Assembly: GCA_034530615.2 (NCBI GenBank)
Contig: JAVRCV020000068.1
Coordinates: 1 to 64,000, forward strand
Direction of reading: 5' to 3'
Origin: Aulosira sp. ZfuVER01
GTDB lineage: Bacteria; Cyanobacteriota; Cyanobacteriia; Cyanobacteriales; Nostocaceae
Length of the DNA stretch: 64,000 bases
The notes beneath the pieces were generated by a model, which saw only the letters and a list, made by a program, of their open reading frames with translations, made no database searches and had not been told where the DNA came from. Positions within the stretch are counted from its first letter, which is position 1; each line of letters opens with the position of its first letter. The position numbers were made by a program, and so were the translations under genes. Positions 17,791 to 28,008 of the stretch are shown in pieces.

Positions 17791-19620
17791 GTGATGAAAG
17801 GAAATTTAGTAGGTATATTAGTACTCAAAAGAGTACAGTATATTTTCTCGGGGTTAGGAAGAATCTTAATAACTGGTCTTTTGCTGACTACAGCTTTGTC
17901 CACCCATTCTGCTGCTGCTGAAGATAAGTTGATAGCTGAAAATCCAAGTAGTGATTTCAGTTTTGCGAACAAACCCCAAATGGATTCTGCCACTTTTGCA
18001 AGTGTTGTAGAGCAAGATATAAACTGGGGGCAAGTAGTTGTTGAAGATCATAATCCCAGCGTTGAATTCAGTTCTTTGCAAACACCACAAGAAGTTGCTG
18101 TCAATTCTGATGTTGTGGCAAAGCACAATGCAGACTTCAAGCAAAAATTGGTTGTTGCTCAAAATACAGACCCTAGGAACAAGCAAAAGCAACCTCAGTT
18201 AGTTGCACAAACATATTCTTCTGGTGTTGTAGCTCAGCAGATAGCGCTATCAGATATTCAAGGTAATTGGGCTCAAAGTTTCATTGAACTTTTGAACCAA
18301 CGAGGGATTATTGAGGGATTTCCGGATGGTACTTTTCGTCCAGACGAGCCAGTAACACGCGCTCAGTTTGCAGCCATGCTTCAGAAAGCTTTTCAGAAAG
18401 CTCCTATCCGCAATGCTATTCAATTTGTAGACTTGCCTGGAAATTATTGGGGTAAAGATGCAATAGAAACAGCCTACAAGAGTGGTTTTCTAGAAGGATA
18501 TCCTGGCAATATCTTTAAGCCTGACCAAAATATCCCTCGTGTTCAAGCATTGGTTGCTCTGGCTACTGGTCTGAATCTTGCTGCTAACACGCCAATGCCA
18601 ACGGTTTTGAATACTTATTTTCAGGATGCTTCTCAAATTCCTGATTATGCTCTTAGACAAGTCACTGGTGCTTTAGAGAGCAATTTGATTGTCAATTATC
18701 CCAATGTACAGATTCTCAATCCGAACCAGATAGCCACTAGAGCAGATGTAGCGGCGTTTATCTATCAAGCTTTGGTCAAGAATGGAACTGCGCCAGAACT
18801 AACTGCTTCTGAAACTGCAACTCAATATATTGTCGGTTACAAACCATCAGACAATGTGGCTCAAACGACACCCTCAGTTGAAGAGTTACGGCAACGTTAT
18901 CGTGTTCCATCACTAGCCTCACAAGAACTGAGGGTAATTACATCAGGAATTGTAAGTATACCTGGCTCATCTGTAACGAGTCCTACTGCATTCGGTGCAG
19001 AATTTGGTGATGTTTTTGCTGGCGCTAGTTACCAATCGAGGACACGCTATTTTGCCCATAGAGATGATGGTGGACTAGTGTTTGGGTTTGGTCTGGGAGA
19101 ACGACAAAAAGTAGCTTTAGAAGTTGCAGTTTCTTCTTTTTCCACTTTTAGGCAAGGCTTTTTCAATAATGGTGGTGTTAGCTTCAAGCTTCACCATTCA
19201 TTTTCCAATGGCATGGCGATCGCTGCTGGAGTAGAGAACGCAATTATGTTTGGTTCTCCGGATGCTGGAAGCAGTGTTTATGGTGTTGTGAGTAAAATCT
19301 TTCCGTTGAAAAACGACCCTACTCAACCATTTAGCTCTGTTACTGTGTCTTTGGGTGTAGGTGGTGGTCGTTTTCGTTCAGAACAGGATGTAATAAACCG
19401 CATCGACTCAGTTAATGTGTTTGGTAGTGTTGGGGTAAGAGTATTGGAACCAATATCCCTAATTGCAGACTGGACTGGTCAAGATTTGACAGTAGGTGCT
19501 TCCATTGCCCCTTTCCGAAATTTTCCAATGGTTATTACTCCAGCTGTAGCTGATATTACAGGCAATGCTGGTGATGGTGCTAGATTTATTCTAGGAGTGG
19601 GTTTTGGCTATTCTTTCTAA
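17791..19620 (+). CDS. S-layer homology (3x SLH) protein with C-terminal beta-barrel-like domain
   Basis: SDIQGNWA..GFPDGTFRPDEPVTRAQFA, GYPGNIFKPDQNIPRVQ and ATRADVAAFIY SLH repeats. The C-terminal amphipathic strands end ...GVGFGYSF. Confidence 0.85.
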   Translation: MMKGNLVGILVLKRVQYIFSGLGRILITGLLLTTALSTHSAAAEDKLIAENPSSDFSFANKPQMDSATFASVVEQDINWGQVVVEDHNPSVEFSSLQTPQEVAVNSDVVAKHNADFKQKLVVAQNTDPRNKQKQPQLVAQTYSSGVVAQQIALSDIQGNWAQSFIELLNQRGIIEGFPDGTFRPDEPVTRAQFAAMLQKAFQKAPIRNAIQFVDLPGNYWGKDAIETAYKSGFLEGYPGNIFKPDQNIPRVQALVALATGLNLAANTPMPTVLNTYFQDASQIPDYALRQVTGALESNLIVNYPNVQILNPNQIATRADVAAFIYQALVKNGTAPELTASETATQYIVGYKPSDNVAQTTPSVEELRQRYRVPSLASQELRVITSGIVSIPGSSVTSPTAFGAEFGDVFAGASYQSRTRYFAHRDDGGLVFGFGLGERQKVALEVAVSSFSTFRQGFFNNGGVSFKLHHSFSNGMAIAAGVENAIMFGSPDAGSSVYGVVSKIFPLKNDPTQPFSSVTVSLGVGGGRFRSEQDVINRIDSVNVFGSVGVRVLEPISLIADWTGQDLTVGASIAPFRNFPMVITPAVADITGNAGDGARFILGVGFGYSF

Positions 19621-19642
19621 ATCCATTGACATAAACAGAATC

Positions 19643-20401
19643 ATGAACATTAAACATTTTCCATTTCATCTGAGTCTGAGCTTTACTTTTGCATTGGCTT
19701 TAATAATTTGCCAAACCTCTCAGCCAGCTTCTGCCCAGAGCAATAATTTCTCAGATAGCACGAGTAATATTCTGACAACTGGCGACATCACCGGTGGTAC
19801 TTTCCAAAATCCACCAACTAACACTGGTGGGACTATAACAACCAGTGACATCCAAGGAGGTAATTTGCCCTACTCGGTTACAGGAGGAAGGGATATCAAG
19901 GAAGTACTATTTAAATCTCCTTCTATTCAAGCATCTGTCAATAATACTGCTGTTGATCTAGCCAGTAAGTTGGATACGAATAGCTTAACTTCACTAACAG
20001 GGCAACTGATTGCTTCAGAGACGCAAAAGAATTTACGAAGTGTTCTTACAGGATCGGATTGTGTGCCAAGTACGGACGAAGATCGTAAGAAAATTACGGA
20101 CGCAAGTAATAGAGACAATACAAACGCATGTACTGGACAAATTACTGCCGCATTAAGTAGTGTTCAAGGAAATCCTGGATTGGATCGGATTCAGCAACTA
20201 GTCAATAAACTGCAAGGTTTGTTAGCAACTAATAAATCTAAACAAGTCGATCCAATTCGATTAGTGAATGTTGTGAATACTTACAACGACTTTATTGATA
20301 ATAGCTCGGTAGAGTTTTTAAATAATCCTCCACCTGAACTACAAGCTATTCAGTCAGTACTGTCGCAATTAGTTAATAGTGTAACGGCAAATAATCAATG
20401 A
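19643..20401 (+). CDS. Secreted hypothetical protein
   Basis: Sec signal ending PASA-Q, T/S/N-rich N-terminus with TT(G/S)DI(T/Q)GG repeats, and a helical C-terminus (YNDFIDNSS..FLNNPPPELQAIQSVL). ATG at 19643 preferred. Confidence 0.7.
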   Translation: MNIKHFPFHLSLSFTFALALIICQTSQPASAQSNNFSDSTSNILTTGDITGGTFQNPPTNTGGTITTSDIQGGNLPYSVTGGRDIKEVLFKSPSIQASVNNTAVDLASKLDTNSLTSLTGQLIASETQKNLRSVLTGSDCVPSTDEDRKKITDASNRDNTNACTGQITAALSSVQGNPGLDRIQQLVNKLQGLLATNKSKQVDPIRLVNVVNTYNDFIDNSSVEFLNNPPPELQAIQSVLSQLVNSVTANNQ

Positions 20402-20722
20402 TTGCTCAATAGTATTCAAGGCTGAAATTTACTTTGTAAATGTACCTGCATAGATACAAAAGCCTATCATAGCTATGGTTTTAATTGTTGATTAAAAATT
20501 GTCTAGCTATTTAAGTTGTTGATGCCTGCAAGCATTTCGTAAGTTTGCTGCAGGCATCGTCAATCATATTAAAGGGACAGGTTTCGGTGCGATCGCTTGC
20601 GTCCACTATTACTTAGACATAGGTACAAGTTTTTAAGCTAACCCCCACAAAAAAATCATACCATCAAACGTGAAAGTATGAGAATTTTGGTAGCCATATT
20701 ACTAATTTAATTTGATTGCTAC

Positions 20723-23188
20723 TTAATTCTCAACTACTATATCTGATAGCCCATCGGAAACAAGAAATCCGTTACTAGTAAGCCTATTATCAACAATTTC
20801 TAGCTCAGGAACACAATCATTAATTAATGGCAGTAAATTTTCATTTAAGTACATCAACTGAAAACAAGTATTGATGTTAGAAACTGCTAAATTATATGCT
20901 GCTATTTTTTGTGTAACTAAACTCAGTAAGCGTTGATTATTCAGAATTTTCTCTTCAGCTTCTTGTTGCAGCGTTGTCTCTAAAAAAGTGCGTGCGTTTG
21001 GATACTGTCGCAATATATTGTCTGCTTGCTTATCTGCCATTTCTAACAGTTGATTTTTGAGTATTTGATTGATAGTTTGGCGGAAAGACTTACGAATAGT
21101 TTGGGATACTTTTGGCTCAAAATCCAACTTCAATAACTGCCTAATTGCTGGTTCTGCTTCTACCATACTTTCGCAGTCATAACCTTGAGAAGTTTGCTGC
21201 AATGTTTGACGAAATTGATATATAGAAAAAGTACCTTCATCGTAAAATCTAGGGCTTTCTCTAACAAAGCGATCGCACTCTACGCTAGCTGCACTTACCA
21301 AGGCTTGAGAAACCAGTTTTTCAACAACCTTGACTTCTTGTTCAATGCCGCCATCATGACCTAACAAACGATACAATTGGCGATAATATTCTGATTTACG
21401 AATCTTTTCTATTAGCTGCTGAAACAGATTGGCAACTAATTGTTGGGAAGAGACAATTAAAATATCTTCTAACTGATTAGCTAGATAATAAAATGCCTCT
21501 ACTAAAATAGCGATTAAAGGTGCAGTTGCATTGCGAGGATGACTAAGAGTTGCACGTCGATATGCATCCCCAACAGAGAATGTATCTAGCAACTCATCTA
21601 AACGGCGAATCATCCGGGATTGCAATTGCCGAAAATCTGCTTCAAAGTCATCACAAGTATTATTGATTACTTGGTTTACTTCTTCTGTAATATGCTGATT
21701 AAAATCTTTAGCAACTTGTTGTAATTGCTGGTTGAGGCGTTGCAACTCATGCACTTTCATTGTTTCTATTTCTCGCGGTTGACTATCTAAATCTCGATAT
21801 ACCGCTTGATAATGTTTTTTCAATTGAATGCAAATATCCTGCAAATCCTCAGCCAGATTTTTAAATAGTTGCGGGCGTTTTTCTTGGGTAAGATAGTGAG
21901 TAATTGCTATTCTAAATTCTTCAATTCCACTATCTTGAATTAGCTGATTAATTAGTGGAGTACCTTGTTCAGATAAGATTCTGACAAAATTTTCATTAGG
22001 AGTTTCATAGCTATTAACAGAAATGCGAAACTTACTACCTGATAATTTACCAGAGTTAGCACAATAGCGATTAAACTCATTAACAAATTGTGGTGTTTCT
22101 TCTCTACCATCTAAAACTTTGACAGTTGCAGCAAAGATAGAATCTAAGCCAAATCTATCTTTTGCAGTTGTCTGTTTAATTTGACTACCGTAAAATCCTA
22201 GCAACCCACTAGTTTTATAAACTCTATTCGTATCCCGAAATTGCCCATTAATTAACTCTTCTAATCGTTGCCTTAGCTGGGCATTATACCAAGTTTCATC
22301 GATGCGGTTAAAGACATAGAAAACGCGATCGCGGATTCCGCCATTTCCTCGCGTCGTTTCTAAGAGTTCTGTTTCTTCTCTTGTCATATCGCCAGCGGCA
22401 GCAGGTTTGAGTACACACACTACTGCTGAAGTATCAGGGTTTTGAATTTTTTGATAAGTCAGTAGTGCATCTTTCTCTACAGGTGCATCAATTCCTGGTG
22501 TATCGATGATGACATTACCATCTTCTAATAGAGGATGATTGCAGTAATATTCAATTCTTTTTAAAACAGCGCTGTTACTACCACGACGCGCATAGCTAGC
22601 AGCTTCCTTAATATTAGAAAAGTTAAATTGCGCCATTGAATACGTAGCATTATTAACTGTGTGGATGTGTTGGCGATTTCCTACATAGCCTTCAAGCAAT
22701 AACATTAACGCCTTTGCTTGTTTTGCACGTTCCGATTTACTTTCACCACCCTCTTGCTGAAGAATCGCTTCACAACCTTGATTGAGTAAGTTAATTACAT
22801 CAGATTGATTTATATTTGCTACTGTTTTAAATCCTAGTTGTTTACATAAAGAAACTGCTTGATCTCGAATTTCTGCTTCACTCAAAAATGTTAAAACAAC
22901 ACGTTCTCGATCTAATTCTGCATATTCAACCTTGCATTCTGTACCTGTAGCGTGTCCTTCTGCACTGTATAGCAATTCTCTTTCTAAAAGTGCATTAATG
23001 AGCATTGATTTACCTGCACTAAATGCACCTGCAAATACAATTTCAAATCTAGGAGAAATTGCTTTACCTAGAGAAGTTTGCACAGGTGTAATTTCATAGG
23101 AGCGTAATGTAGGTTCTTGGTGTAAAAGATGTAATATATACTCAACTTGTTCTTTTAAATTTTGAGAATGAAGCGACAAGTCTGACAT
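20723..23188 (-). CDS. Dynamin-like GTPase (SynDLP type)
   Basis: G1 GAFSAGKS, G2 HATGT, G3 DTPG, G4 NRID and an HPRN motif. About 820 aa from ATG 23188. Confidence 0.9.
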   Translation of the reverse strand: MSDLSLHSQNLKEQVEYILHLLHQEPTLRSYEITPVQTSLGKAISPRFEIVFAGAFSAGKSMLINALLERELLYSAEGHATGTECKVEYAELDRERVVLTFLSEAEIRDQAVSLCKQLGFKTVANINQSDVINLLNQGCEAILQQEGGESKSERAKQAKALMLLLEGYVGNRQHIHTVNNATYSMAQFNFSNIKEAASYARRGSNSAVLKRIEYYCNHPLLEDGNVIIDTPGIDAPVEKDALLTYQKIQNPDTSAVVCVLKPAAAGDMTREETELLETTRGNGGIRDRVFYVFNRIDETWYNAQLRQRLEELINGQFRDTNRVYKTSGLLGFYGSQIKQTTAKDRFGLDSIFAATVKVLDGREETPQFVNEFNRYCANSGKLSGSKFRISVNSYETPNENFVRILSEQGTPLINQLIQDSGIEEFRIAITHYLTQEKRPQLFKNLAEDLQDICIQLKKHYQAVYRDLDSQPREIETMKVHELQRLNQQLQQVAKDFNQHITEEVNQVINNTCDDFEADFRQLQSRMIRRLDELLDTFSVGDAYRRATLSHPRNATAPLIAILVEAFYYLANQLEDILIVSSQQLVANLFQQLIEKIRKSEYYRQLYRLLGHDGGIEQEVKVVEKLVSQALVSAASVECDRFVRESPRFYDEGTFSIYQFRQTLQQTSQGYDCESMVEAEPAIRQLLKLDFEPKVSQTIRKSFRQTINQILKNQLLEMADKQADNILRQYPNARTFLETTLQQEAEEKILNNQRLLSLVTQKIAAYNLAVSNINTCFQLMYLNENLLPLINDCVPELEIVDNRLTSNGFLVSDGLSDIVVEN

Positions 23189-23407
23189 ATTTAGTATCCT
23201 GAGCATATTTTATGTATATGCTAGTAAATTTTGTATTTAAAATAAAACGGTGTAATTACTGATAAAGCTGTCTCACCCTTTATTAGCAAAAAATTTATGA
23301 AACTATTTGCAATTAGGCTCAAACCCAATGAATATTTAAAACAAAGCCTCAAAAACTTTGCTATTCAGAAAAATATCCAAGCAGGGTTTATATTAAGCGC
23401 GATTGGG

Positions 23408-23455
23408 AGTTTTAAACGCAAAGGAACGCAGAGGGATGCGCAAAGTAGCGCGGAG
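23408..23455 (-). repeat. CTCTGCGT-type dispersed repeat (inverted relative of 2084-2130)
   Basis: AGTTTTAAACGCAAAGGAACGCAGAGG...CGCAAAG...CGCGGAG. Confidence 0.5.
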
Positions 23456-23460
23456 AATAT

Positions 23461-24414
23461 TTAGGAAATTTGTCTAAAACTGAGTTGATAATAAATATCT
23501 TCATCTATTTGTTTAGGTTCGCCTTCTTCTGTATTTTTGAAAAGCACTGTGAACGCACCAGCACCTAATCTATCTTGAGGAAATAGTCGATAACATGGCA
23601 TTTCTGTTAAATGTGATTGATAGTCTTGTAAATGGCTAACCTGAATTGGCTGAAACTGGGGAAAGCGTTGCAAAAACCATTGGCAAACTTCCTCATTTTC
23701 TTCAGGAGAGTAAGTACAAGTCATATAAGCAAGATAGCCTTGAGGTGCAACAATTCTCGCAGAGTTAGCTATAATGCGTTTTTGACGATTAGCACATTTA
23801 TTAATGTTAGTTGGATGGAAACATCCTGACGCTGTTTCACCTTTAGCTAGTAAAGATTGACCAGTGCAAGGAGCATCTACGAGAACTAAATGGCTAGATA
23901 AAGGTATAGCTTCGGCAAAAATACTAGAATCTCGATTAGCTACAAAAATAGGTTTTATCTGGCAACGTTTCAAATTAGAGATTAGCATTCCTAGGCGTTT
24001 GCCAATTACTTCATTGCTGATGAGTAAATCAGGTTGTAATGCTTTCCACGCAAAGATACTCTTTCCTCCTGGCGCAGCACACATATCAAAAACTAAATGC
24101 ACCGATTGCGGAATTGCTAACAAACTAGTAGCCGCAAATACGGAAGAAAAATCCAGACAATAGAAATCACCTTGGTTATGCAGAGGATGTTTACCAGGCT
24201 TTTCTCCCAAGAGTAATCTGTCTACAAATTGTGGTTGCCAATTTGTTGGTGTTTCTACAGCAAAAGGTGAAATATCTGGTCTTTGTTGACACCAAAGAAT
24301 GCAAGGTGAGAAAGGTTGAGGATTAATTAGCGCCTGAATAAATTTTTCTTGAATATCAGGGTTTTCAAACAAACGTCGCGAGAGTTTAAGTAATAGATTT
24401 GAAGGTTTTTCCAT
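23461..24414 (-). CDS. RsmB/NOP (RsmF-like) RNA cytosine-C5 methyltransferase
   Basis: DMCAAPGGKS, VLVDAPCTG and YMTCTYSPEENE motifs. Confidence 0.9.
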   Translation of the reverse strand: MEKPSNLLLKLSRRLFENPDIQEKFIQALINPQPFSPCILWCQQRPDISPFAVETPTNWQPQFVDRLLLGEKPGKHPLHNQGDFYCLDFSSVFAATSLLAIPQSVHLVFDMCAAPGGKSIFAWKALQPDLLISNEVIGKRLGMLISNLKRCQIKPIFVANRDSSIFAEAIPLSSHLVLVDAPCTGQSLLAKGETASGCFHPTNINKCANRQKRIIANSARIVAPQGYLAYMTCTYSPEENEEVCQWFLQRFPQFQPIQVSHLQDYQSHLTEMPCYRLFPQDRLGAGAFTVLFKNTEEGEPKQIDEDIYYQLSFRQIS

Positions 24415-24601
24415 TGGGAAATGAAACTGTTATGGAAGAACAATGCCATGCCAGGGTTTGGCTGCATACTGAAAAATAATGACCGCCATTCTAATCATCG
24501 CAAAGTGCGACCTACATAAGCTTCCAGCGTTGAACTGGAAGCTGTTGCCTTTAAGGACGCACTCAAGCGCGTTAAACTATACCACTTCACTGGAGAGGGT
24601 C

Positions 24602-26044
24602 ATGATCTTAGATGATTTTCAGCGAAAAATACGCAAAGAAGCACAACTATGGAGAGACGAAGGCATAATTAGTTCCTCACAGTACCAACAATTAGCAGAC
24701 CGTTATCAATTTAACAATATAGAAGCGGCGGCGCGCGATCGCTCTCGAATGACTGCGATCGCCATTGGTGGTATCTTGTTAATTTTAGGCACGATCGTTT
24801 TTATCGCCGCTAGCTGGCAGGAATGGTCACGAGATGTCAAGTTTATCTTGATGATCAGTTTGTTTTTCTCTGTGACTATCACTGGTTTTTACACCTGGCG
24901 CGAACCTGCACTTCGCAAAGCTGAAGGCAAAAAACCACAACGCAGCAAACGCATATTAGGAGAAGCTTTGCTGATATTAGGCGCTTTTATTTTAGGTGCA
25001 AATATCCTGTTGATGGCTCAAGTCTTCAATATTGCAGGTTCGGCTACAGAACTATTTCTCGCCTGGGGATTTGGTGTTTTGGTGATGGCTTATAGCTTGT
25101 CCTTAAATTCCTTAGGCATTCTAGCCATAGTTCTCATCCAAATTGGCTATTGGACTGGATTAGGAGACTGGTGGTACACTCCCAGCGAATTGGCTTGGGC
25201 ACGGTTGATAGTGCGACATATGCCCCTGGTGTCATGGTTGCTGTTTGTACCCTTAGCTTATGTTTGTCGATCGCGCTGGATTTTTGGATTAGCAGCCTTT
25301 GCCTTTGCTAGTTCCTTGCAATTCAACCTCAATCCTTTGCAACTACTGACTTATTCTGATATTGCACCTTGGGTAGCATCCTTGGCCTTTGCACTCCCGC
25401 CAGCTTTATTTTGGAGTTATGATGACCTACTATTTCCCACAGTGAATTATAGGCTGTTTCAACCCCTGGCGCGGACATTAGCATTAGTAAGTTTTGGCTT
25501 TGCCTTTTATATCTTGTCCTTCCGTTGGCAATGGCAATTTCCAGATTATGGTTATTCTCCGCCAACCACTAACAGCAATATCCTTAGAACTCTTCCCATA
25601 ATTGATGTCGGGATTCTCAGCGGTTTGGCAGTTTTACAATGGTTGTTTCTACTGCGTCAACGAAACAATTCTCCACGACGGGAAAAGGTTTTCACTCTGG
25701 TTTTAGTTGGCACATTTATTGGCGTCACGGCTGTAGTCCCTTTTTGGCATCAAGGTATTACCCGGATTAGTGAACTAGGAATTTTTGTATTCAATGTCCT
25801 GCTAGCAACCTTAGCTTGGGGACTCATTCAAGAAGGATTGAAGTTAAACGATCGCCGTTCCTTCTGGGGCGGTATGCTATTGTTAACTTTACAAGTTATC
25901 AGTCGGGTTTGGGAGTACAATACAGACTTACTATTCAAGTCCCTTGTGTTTGTGATGTGCGGTTCTGTGCTAATTAGTTCGGGACTGTGGTTTGAACGTC
26001 GCCTATCTGAAGCGAAAAGTAAAAAAAGTAATAGCAATTCGTAA
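24602..26044 (+). CDS. DUF2157-domain membrane protein
   Basis: W.DEGII...QYQQL, GILLILGTIVFIAASW and LMAQVFNI motifs, many TM helices. ATG 24602 has a GGAGAGG SD. Confidence 0.8.
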   Translation: MILDDFQRKIRKEAQLWRDEGIISSSQYQQLADRYQFNNIEAAARDRSRMTAIAIGGILLILGTIVFIAASWQEWSRDVKFILMISLFFSVTITGFYTWREPALRKAEGKKPQRSKRILGEALLILGAFILGANILLMAQVFNIAGSATELFLAWGFGVLVMAYSLSLNSLGILAIVLIQIGYWTGLGDWWYTPSELAWARLIVRHMPLVSWLLFVPLAYVCRSRWIFGLAAFAFASSLQFNLNPLQLLTYSDIAPWVASLAFALPPALFWSYDDLLFPTVNYRLFQPLARTLALVSFGFAFYILSFRWQWQFPDYGYSPPTTNSNILRTLPIIDVGILSGLAVLQWLFLLRQRNNSPRREKVFTLVLVGTFIGVTAVVPFWHQGITRISELGIFVFNVLLATLAWGLIQEGLKLNDRRSFWGGMLLLTLQVISRVWEYNTDLLFKSLVFVMCGSVLISSGLWFERRLSEAKSKKSNSNS

Positions 26045-26112
26045 TTTGTAATTCGTAAATTACGAAGTTTAATTGCTAATTATTATCTCTGCGTATTCCT
26101 ATATTTACTATT

Positions 26113-26218
26113 TAGTACAGCACGACGGAAATCAAGATTTCATCTGACAAAGTTCAAAAGCCAACAACCAAAGCATTTTGAATTTTAAATTTTGAATTTT
26201 GAATTCCGCGTAGCGGTA
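26113..26218. mobile_element. Degenerate MITE-like element with internal TTTTGAA heptamers
   Basis: Imperfect termini TAGTACAGCACGACGGAA ... TTCCGCGTAGCGGTA. Confidence 0.45.
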
Positions 26219-26298
26219 AAGTGTCTCTCTGCGTCAGTCCTAATTCTGGGTATTCAACCAGACTTTTGTCAATTGCCCCTTCTTTTAGGACTACGCCC

Positions 26299-27066
26299 AT
26301 GAAAAGTAACTCCTCTGAATCGAATAAATCCAGTAATTCTCAATCAAGTAAATCCAATACTTCTGAATCAAGTAAATCCAATAAAGGCTTATCTCCCGAA
26401 GCCGAATTTTCTGGAAAGTTGACTTTTAGAGACTATCTAATTGCTACTGAACAGAAAGCAAACAAACCTTTACCTTTTTGGCGGCTACTGGTTCCCCTAG
26501 CGCTGCAAACAGGGTTAATCATGGCTGTACCCACTCAAGCTTTGTACACAGATGTTGCGGGTAAAACGGTAATTTTGCAAAGTGCGCCTGTAGATCCTGA
26601 TGATGTGCGGCAAAACTACGCTCTCAATTTGGACTATAACATATCCCGCATCTCAACTTTGAGAAGGCTTCCTGGCTGGGAGGAGTTACTGCGGCAAAAT
26701 CGCGGTAGAAACAGACAATTGGCTCAAGGAACAAACTTGTATGTCACTTTGCAAGAAAGAGAATCTTTTAGTCGTGGTGTACCTAGGGCTTGGAGACTGG
26801 TGCGGGTAAGTGGTAGACGCCCTACAAATCTCGCCAACGATCAGGTGGCTTTAAAAGGTGTGTACCGGGATGGCTTTGTCAACTATGGCGTGGAAAGATA
26901 TTACATTCCAGATGAGCAACGGGAGCGCATTAGTAGAGATATCTCCCGAGCTTTAGAAAGCCGAGAGGGACGACGCCAACCAATAGTAGTAAAAGTTAAA
27001 GTCGATCCCCAAGGTAACGCCGTACCCATTAGTTTGTGGGTGCGCGATCGCAATTATCGCTTTTAA
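26299..27066 (+). CDS. GDYXXLXY-domain-like membrane-anchored protein
   Basis: TM helix followed by GKTVILQSAPVDP...L.YNIS and YGVERYYIP. This is the usual partner of DUF2157. The N-terminus has 24-nt SESxKS repeats. Confidence 0.75.
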   Translation: MKSNSSESNKSSNSQSSKSNTSESSKSNKGLSPEAEFSGKLTFRDYLIATEQKANKPLPFWRLLVPLALQTGLIMAVPTQALYTDVAGKTVILQSAPVDPDDVRQNYALNLDYNISRISTLRRLPGWEELLRQNRGRNRQLAQGTNLYVTLQERESFSRGVPRAWRLVRVSGRRPTNLANDQVALKGVYRDGFVNYGVERYYIPDEQRERISRDISRALESREGRRQPIVVKVKVDPQGNAVPISLWVRDRNYRF

Positions 27067-27302
27067 TCATGCTGCCGTAACTGCCAAGCTACACCGCAAG
27101 CTGCTCCAGCACCGGCTACCAAGCCGGTACTCATTCCTTGGATAGTTTTTTGAATTGGGTCTTGGGTCAAGCAATCACTTGTGACTGTCTTGGCTTCCAA
27201 GCACATATTGCTTTCTGCCCAGCTGGCAGTTCCTCCTAAAATTACACCTGTCAGACTACAGAAAACAACAAGCAGCAAGAGGCGTTTGGTTTTTCTCTCC
27301 AT
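27063..27302 (-). CDS. Small membrane protein (2 TM, two Cys in the loop)
   Basis: 79 aa with two hydrophobic Gly-rich segments. Confidence 0.7.
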   Translation of the reverse strand: MERKTKRLLLLVVFCSLTGVILGGTASWAESNMCLEAKTVTSDCLTQDPIQKTIQGMSTGLVAGAGAACGVAWQLRQHD

Positions 27303-27556
27303 ATCAGGATGCGTTAAATAATTGCAGTTACTAAATAATCCTCAACTACTTTACACATCCTGGGAGAGATTGTCAGCTGAATCCAGTTGTGTTGATCGGA
27401 GCGTTTATTGTTATCAGCAATAAAAAACCCCAGCGCATTGAGCTGAGGTGACCAGGAGAATTCCAAATAATATGATGGGAGATTTCAATACCGATAATAA
27501 AAAATCTAAAATATACTCAAGGCAAACCAAATTAAAGCAGTGACCTTCTACACATC

Positions 27557-27793
27557 CTATGCCGACCGTGCAAAAGCTAAATCGCGTATTAGCTGCGTTC
27601 TGGAGAATAGGTAAGTGTTTACAGTATTCATTTCTTCACTGCTGAGTGCTTGTACGTTATCAAGCTGCCTTAATAACTGCTTGACTAAATCTGGATCGCT
27701 GAGTCCAACAAGAGTACTAGTCTGGGTTTGTTCAACTACAGACCAAAGTTGACGCAATATTTTTGAGTTTACCAGGCATACGTTCATGACCAC
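27557..27793 (-). CDS. Conserved small cyanobacterial hypothetical protein
   Basis: LRQLWSVVEQTQ...LSD..LV..LL...Y..SR..LIRDLA pattern. GGAG SD upstream and a hairpin-U tract downstream (about 27422-27449). Confidence 0.7.
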   Translation of the reverse strand: MVMNVCLVNSKILRQLWSVVEQTQTSTLVGLSDPDLVKQLLRQLDNVQALSSEEMNTVNTYLFSRTQLIRDLAFARSA

Positions 27794-28008
27794 CGCTCCA
27801 ACCCTTGTAAATCCAACACAGTGTTGTGAAGAATCTAAAGAAAATCTTAAATTACAAATCTAAAGAAAACCTTAAATCTTACAAAACTTAACTAATTAAA
27901 TGAAGCTCTAAATGTCTAAGATGAGAGGAGTTGTGCGATCGCTTGCAGTTGTGTACTTTAGGTCAATATCCAAAAAATTTAGTGTTTGAAAAAGTTAAGA
28001 AGCGTTTT

